NCBI GenBank assembly: GCA_019637795.1
Contig: JAHBUY010000002.1
Location: forward strand, 969,606 to 1,033,605
Direction: 5' to 3'
Length of the DNA: 64,000 bases
From: a bacterium
GTDB taxonomy: Bacteria > Desulfobacterota > Binatia > HRBIN30 > CADEER01
The position numbers and the translations under genes were made by a program. The notes under the pieces were generated by a model. The model was not told the DNA's origin. It did no database searches and worked only from the letters and a program-made list of their open reading frames with translations. Below, piece after piece: positions 59,290-64,000 of the stretch (its first letter is position 1; every line of letters starts with the position of its first letter).

Positions 59290-61075
59290 CGCTCGTCCCG
59301 CTCCCGGCCGACTCCACCGCCACCATCGGCACCTCGCGCGGCGCGTAGGCCGCGACGTCGAGTTGCCAGGTCGCCTCTCCCGTCGGGCTCTCGTCGACCT
59401 TGTCGAACCCGAACTGGGCGTAAAACTCCCGCACCATGCCGTTCTTCGCCGTCGGCAGGTAGCGACCGATCACCGTCCGGTAGCCGTGCGCGCGGGCCCA
59501 CTCGACGACCCGGTTCATGGCGAACGCCTCCACCCCGCGTCCCAGCACCCGGCAGCTCATGAGCCAGGCATCGATCACCAGCGCATCCGGCCGGCGCTCG
59601 AGGATGACGACCGAGATCAGGCCGTTGTCGCCGAAGCGGTCCGTCAGCTTCGCGTACCACGGCACCCAGGTCGCGTCGTCCGCCATCATGGCGCGGCACT
59701 CGGCCAGGTTGTACCGCCGGGTGGTCAGGTTGAACTGGTTGCTGCGTTGCAGCAGTTGGACGATGCGCGTCAGGTGCAGCTCGTCGAAGGGCGCCAGGGT
59801 GATGCGCATGTCGAGCGAGCGCAGGTAGGCGCCGAGGTCGGTGGCTTCGCTCTCGAGGCGCTGGCGCTCGGCGTTGGCGCGGTACAGGTCGGCGCGGCGG
59901 CGATCCTCGTCGGAGAACGACGTCGCCTCGAAGAGATTGAGCTCGGCCAGGACGCGGACGTAGTCGGAGGCGTCCTCCGGCAGCTCCGGCACGATCACCT
60001 CGGGCAGCTCGGCGCGCACCAGGTTGCGCTCGAACGGGTTGTCGTCGACGAACACCATGCTGTCGAAACCGATGTTGAGGGTCTCGCGGATGCGACGGAT
60101 GTTGTCCGGCTTGGGGTTCCAGTTGGCGACGAAGACCGCGAGGTCCTCCTCGCGCAGCACCATCTCGGGGTGGCTGCGGAACGGCTCGAGCGCCGTGGCG
60201 TGGTCGTTCTTGCTGCACACCGCCAGGATGATGCCGCGGCGCTTCAGCTCGCGCAGGTAGAACTGCAGCCGGTGGTACGGTTCGCCGTCGCCGTAGGGCC
60301 CGATGGCGATGCCCTCGAGCCCGTCGTCGCCGACCACCCCTCCCCACAGCGTATTGTCGAGATCGAGCACCAGGCACTTGACCACGTGCCCGAGGCTGGC
60401 GAGGACGATGTCGGCGATGTTCTGCGCCACCAGCGGCAGGTGGTCGAAGGCGCAGAAGGCCTTGTAGAGCGTCCACATCCGCTCGTCGCACCACTGCCGG
60501 CGGCCGACGTAGGAGGCCAGCGCCTCGACGTCGTTGATCAGCACGTGGGGGCGCTCGCGCGCCAGCGCGGTGAGGCGCGCGTTGAGCGCGGCGACGACGG
60601 CGTACAGCGACTCCGCCACCTTGTGGTCGAAGTTGCCGAACTGGCGCTCGTACGGCAGCACGTAGGTCGACTGCAGCACCAGGGCCGGGCACCGGCCGGC
60701 GAGCGTGTCCCACAGCCCGGCGAGCCGCTGCGCCACCTCGTCCGCGAACCCGGCGCGCTCGCCCGGGCTGCCGTAGTACTTCAGGCGCAGGGCGTTGGTG
60801 CTGTTGAGGATGACGACGACCTCGGGGCGGAACGCGTAGAGCGCCGAGCCCGGGTCGAGGATCGCGAGCTCGGTCGTATCGTACTCGCCGAGGTGGATCT
60901 CGGCGCGCACCCGATGCTGGGCCAGCAGCACCTCGAGCAGCGGCGCGAGCTGCGGCACCGCCGCGTCCGACAGCACGGCGATCCGGACGGTGCGCGTGCA
61001 GGTCGAGAAGTCGAGCGTCCGCCGCGCCTTCACCAGCGCGCCGTAGTCGAGATGGGTGGCGTCGTGCCTCAGCAC
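59276..61075 (-). CDS. FkbH-like / HAD-superfamily subfamily IIIC enzyme with C-terminal acetyltransferase-like domain
   Basis: HAD-IIIC core (VLDLDNTLWGGVVGDDG...AVCSKND...NWNPKPDNI...VFVDDNP). An N-terminal SGNH-like region and a C-terminal GNAT-like region. Its 3' end overlaps the ACP start. Confidence 0.75.
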   Translation of the reverse strand: MLRHDATHLDYGALVKARRTLDFSTCTRTVRIAVLSDAAVPQLAPLLEVLLAQHRVRAEIHLGEYDTTELAILDPGSALYAFRPEVVVILNSTNALRLKYYGSPGERAGFADEVAQRLAGLWDTLAGRCPALVLQSTYVLPYERQFGNFDHKVAESLYAVVAALNARLTALARERPHVLINDVEALASYVGRRQWCDERMWTLYKAFCAFDHLPLVAQNIADIVLASLGHVVKCLVLDLDNTLWGGVVGDDGLEGIAIGPYGDGEPYHRLQFYLRELKRRGIILAVCSKNDHATALEPFRSHPEMVLREEDLAVFVANWNPKPDNIRRIRETLNIGFDSMVFVDDNPFERNLVRAELPEVIVPELPEDASDYVRVLAELNLFEATSFSDEDRRRADLYRANAERQRLESEATDLGAYLRSLDMRITLAPFDELHLTRIVQLLQRSNQFNLTTRRYNLAECRAMMADDATWVPWYAKLTDRFGDNGLISVVILERRPDALVIDAWLMSCRVLGRGVEAFAMNRVVEWARAHGYRTVIGRYLPTAKNGMVREFYAQFGFDKVDESPTGEATWQLDVAAYAPREVPMVAVESAGSGTSDGAH

Positions 61076-61785
61076 GCCTGGCCTCCGGCGACCGGCAGGT
61101 TGACGCCGGTGATGTAGCTCGCCGCGGGCGACAGCAGGAAGGCGATCACGCCGGCGACCTCGGCGGGCGTCGCCAGGCGTTCCATCGGCAGGGTCGCGGC
61201 GAGCTCCTCGACGAAGCGCTCCGGCAGGTCGGCGTTGAACGCCGTGGCGGTCATCGACGGCGCGACGGCATTGACCCGCACGCCGTGGCGGACGAGCTCG
61301 ACCGCCATGGCGCGCGTCAGGCCGAGCAGCGCGTACTTCGCGCTCACGTAGGCCGCCTGCTTGGCCGGGGGCATGCCGAGGGTCACCGACGACAGCACGG
61401 TGACGATCGCGCCGGGCGCGCCGCGCGCCTTGAGCTGGCTGGCCAGCGCGCTCGACAGCGTCAACACGCCGCGCAGCGCCTCGGCCTGATAGGCGATGAA
61501 CGCCTCGGGGTCGGTCTTCAGCAGCAGCCGGCGCGGGCTGGGCCGGGCGGCATTGTTGACCAGCGCGTCGAACGGCTCCTCGCGCAGCAGGGCGGCGAGC
61601 GCCGCCAGCGAGGCCGGATCGCCCTGGTCGTAGTGCCGGGCGCGCGCGCCGGTGGCGTCCTGCAGCGCCTCCGCCGACTCCCGGCCACGGCAGTAGGTGA
61701 ACAGCACGTCGTGCCCCTGCCCGGCGAGATGGCGCACCGTCGCGGCGCCGATGCCGCCGCTGCCGCCGGTGACCGCGACCCGCAT
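61069..61785 (-). CDS. SDR-family oxidoreductase
   Basis: TGGSGGIG Rossmann motif, NNAA, and YVSAK catalytic motif. Confidence 0.75.
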   Translation of the reverse strand: MRVAVTGGSGGIGAATVRHLAGQGHDVLFTYCRGRESAEALQDATGARARHYDQGDPASLAALAALLREEPFDALVNNAARPSPRRLLLKTDPEAFIAYQAEALRGVLTLSSALASQLKARGAPGAIVTVLSSVTLGMPPAKQAAYVSAKYALLGLTRAMAVELVRHGVRVNAVAPSMTATAFNADLPERFVEELAATLPMERLATPAEVAGVIAFLLSPAASYITGVNLPVAGGQAC

Positions 61786-62207
61786 CAGAGCAGCCCCACC
61801 TGGACCTTCGCCCGCGCCGCGACCCGGCCGCGGGTGACGTTGGTCAGCACCAGGTCCATCGCCACCACCCGCACCGCCTCCACCACCTGCGTGACCGTGG
61901 CGGCGATCTCGATCTCGTCGCCGACGTGCGACGGGCTCTTGAGCTGGGTGTGCACGGAGTGCAGCAGCGTCCGTTCGCCCGGAAAGTGCATGCCGACGAA
62001 GTGCGAGATGAACCCGGCGAGGATCATGCCGTGCGCCACCTTCTCCGGGAAGCCGTGCGCCCGCGCCGCCGCGTCGTCGACGTGCAGGGCGTTGGCGTCG
62101 CCGAAGGCGGCGAGGAAGTGCGCATGGACGGCCGGCGTGATGCGGTAGCTGCGGTTGGTCCGGTGGCCTTCGACGATGCCGCGCAGGGCGACCTCGGGTC
62201 CGCTCAT
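61785..62207 (-). CDS. MaoC-like (hot-dog) dehydratase
   Basis: Met at 62207 was verified. FGDANALHVDDAAARAHGFPEKVAHGM is typical of MaoC/(R)-hydratase. Confidence 0.7.
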   Translation of the reverse strand: MSGPEVALRGIVEGHRTNRSYRITPAVHAHFLAAFGDANALHVDDAAARAHGFPEKVAHGMILAGFISHFVGMHFPGERTLLHSVHTQLKSPSHVGDEIEIAATVTQVVEAVRVVAMDLVLTNVTRGRVAARAKVQVGLL

Positions 62208-62643
62208 GACGGCGTTCACGGCGGCGTCGCCACCGGGATCAGCGACCGCACGACGGGTGGCCGCGGAGGATACGGCCGCGTCCAGCTCGCCGCCGCGCAG
62301 CCAGCGGCCATCCCCACGGACAGCCCGGAAGTGGTGGTGAATCCCATGATCGGCAGTATCGGATGCGCGGTTCTCGGCTCCGCGAGCGCGGCAGAAAAGT
62401 TGTACCCCGCGCCAACTGGCGCGAGCAAGGACCAACTGCCCCGAGACGGCCGGCGCCGCCGTCGCGGAACCGCCGCCCCGGTCTCGGGCCTGTCCGGCCG
62501 GTGTCCGCCACCAGGACCCTTCCCCGCCGCCCCGGTCCGGCGCGGGGGACGGGGATCCGCATGTGCCCGGGCGGGGTCCGAGGGGTCGCGGGAGCGGCGA
62601 CGGAGTGGCCATCGCCGGCCATGGGCGGCTATAGAGCCGCCGC

Positions 62644-63891
62644 ATGTCCGAGCCGACGCGGGTCCGCCAGCGGGTGCTCGCGTTCACGCTGACGCTGACC
62701 GCGATCGCCTACCTCGATCGCGTCTGCATCTCGATGGCGGCGCCGGCGATGAAAGCGGAGCTGGCGATCAGCGACGCCCAGATGGGCTGGGTGTTCAGCG
62801 CCTTCACCTTCGCCTACGCGCTGTTCGAGGTGCCGAGCGGCTGGCTCGCCGACCGTTTCGGCGCCCGGCTCATGCTGACCCGCGTCGTCGTCTGGTGGTC
62901 GGCGATGACCGCGGCGACGGGCGCGGTGTGGAGCATCGCCTCGCTGATCGGCGTCCGCTTCCTGTTCGGCATGGGCGAGGCCGGCTGCTTCCCCAGCATG
63001 GCGCGCGCCTATGCGCGCTGGCTGCCCCTGCGCGAGCGCGGGCGCGCCTTCGGTCTGACCCTGATGGCGGGGGCGCTCGGCGGCGCGGCGACCCAGCCGC
63101 TGGTGGTGGCGCTGCTCGAATGGATGCACTGGCGCCACACCTTCATGGTCTTCGGCGTCGTCGGCATGGTCTGGGCGGTGGTCTGGTTCTGGTGGTTCCG
63201 CGACGAACCGCGCGCGCACCCGGGGGTCAATCGGGCCGAGCTGGCATTGATCGGCGCCCAGCCCGCCGATCCCCATCACCACGTGCCCTGGGCGACGCTG
63301 CTGCGCGACCGCAACCTGCTCGCCATCTGCTTCATGTACCTGTTCGCGATCTACGGCTGGTACTTCTACCTCACCTGGCTGCCGACCTACCTGCTGCGGG
63401 CGCGCGGCTTCGACCTCAAACACGTCGGCTGGCTGGCGGCGTTGCCGCTGCTCAGCATCGCCAGCGGCGTCCTGGTCGGCGGCTGGCTGAGCGACGTCCT
63501 GGCGCGGCGCTGGGGCGTGCGGCGCGGCCGCCGCGCGCCCGGCATCGTCGGACTGCCGCTGGCGGCGGTGGCGATCGTCGCCGGCATCGCGACCCCGACG
63601 GCGACCAGCTCGGCGCTGTTCTTCGCCGCGGCCGCGGGCCTGGCCGCGCTCGGCGTCAGCCCGGCCTGGGCCGTCTGCCTCGAGATCGGCGGCCGCCACG
63701 CCGGCGTGGTGAGCGGCGCGATGAACATGTTCGGCAACTTCGGCGGCGCGCTCAGTCCGGTGGTGATCGGCTTCACGCTCGAGCAGGGGGGCGGCTGGAC
63801 GCCGTCGCTGCTCTCGATCGCCGTCTGCTACCTGCTCGCCGCCGGCTGCTGGATGCTGATCGACCCCGAACGCCCGATCGACGGCTGCTGA
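62644..63891 (+). CDS. MFS transporter (anion:cation symporter-like)
   Basis: 12 TM segments. MFS motif region (GWLADRFGARLM). Divergent from the MaoC-SDR-FkbH operon. Confidence 0.8.
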   Translation: MSEPTRVRQRVLAFTLTLTAIAYLDRVCISMAAPAMKAELAISDAQMGWVFSAFTFAYALFEVPSGWLADRFGARLMLTRVVVWWSAMTAATGAVWSIASLIGVRFLFGMGEAGCFPSMARAYARWLPLRERGRAFGLTLMAGALGGAATQPLVVALLEWMHWRHTFMVFGVVGMVWAVVWFWWFRDEPRAHPGVNRAELALIGAQPADPHHHVPWATLLRDRNLLAICFMYLFAIYGWYFYLTWLPTYLLRARGFDLKHVGWLAALPLLSIASGVLVGGWLSDVLARRWGVRRGRRAPGIVGLPLAAVAIVAGIATPTATSSALFFAAAAGLAALGVSPAWAVCLEIGGRHAGVVSGAMNMFGNFGGALSPVVIGFTLEQGGGWTPSLLSIAVCYLLAAGCWMLIDPERPIDGC

Positions 63892-63971
63892 TCCGCGCCG
63901 CCGCCCGCCCGGGCGGGTGCCGAGGGTCGGCAGCGGAGCGCGGGCGCAGTCGTGAAACGAACCTCGAGACG

Positions 63972-64000
63972 ACAAGCACCTTCACCACGGAGGCACGGAG
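63972..64000. mobile_element. MITE-like inverted-repeat element, copy 3 (left arm only, truncated by window end)
   Basis: GACAAGCACCTTCACCACGGAGGCACGGAG matches the flank and arm of copies 1 and 2. Confidence 0.5.

Overview
This is a high-GC (~70%) bacterial chromosomal window, densely coded and mostly on the minus strand. Lipoprotein lipoboxes, an LpxL-type acyltransferase and a MYXO-CTERM-like tail suggest a Gram-negative, possibly delta/myxobacterial lineage, with low confidence.

Content:
- Housekeeping genes: alaS, a phoH-ybeY pair, prfB carrying a clearly visible CUU-UGA-C +1 programmed frameshift site, a cyclophilin, and a CsaA-like tRNA-binding protein.
- An accessory lipid/polyketide-like island (roughly 6.1-25.5 kb) holding a family-2 glycosyltransferase, LpxL- and PlsC-type acyltransferases, a flavin-dependent halogenase, a KS-alpha/KS-beta (chain-length-factor-like) pair plus FabG, a NodB-type deacetylase, a UPF0104 flippase-like protein, an ICMT-family methyltransferase, a VapBC pair, three cobalamin-binding (class B) radical SAM enzymes and one ThiH/HydG-type radical SAM enzyme.
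- A three-gene two-component phosphorelay (GAF-PAS kinase, CheY-like receiver, hybrid kinase).
- A second acyl-carrier module (MaoC dehydratase, short-chain dehydrogenase (SDR), FkbH-like HAD-IIIC enzyme, acyl carrier protein (ACP), MBOAT acyltransferase).
- An FG-GAP/Cys-rich surface protein and a dockerin-like secreted protein.

Non-coding signals:
- A perfect 76-bp palindrome that exactly fills the gap between two divergent start codons.
- A roughly 160-bp MITE-like inverted-repeat element present in at least three copies.
- A strong intrinsic terminator.
- A GTATAC-TTT-GTATAC candidate operator in an AT-rich island.

Many long ORFs in the six-frame track are Arg/Ala/Gly-rich antisense artifacts and were rejected. 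No tRNA, rRNA or CRISPR array was recognised.

One caveat: reading the printed sequence at two places (near 25.85 kb and 30.0 kb) gave a 1-nt disagreement with the ORF-track frame arithmetic, so the starts of the tRNA-binding protein, the hybrid kinase and the receiver may be off by 1 nt.
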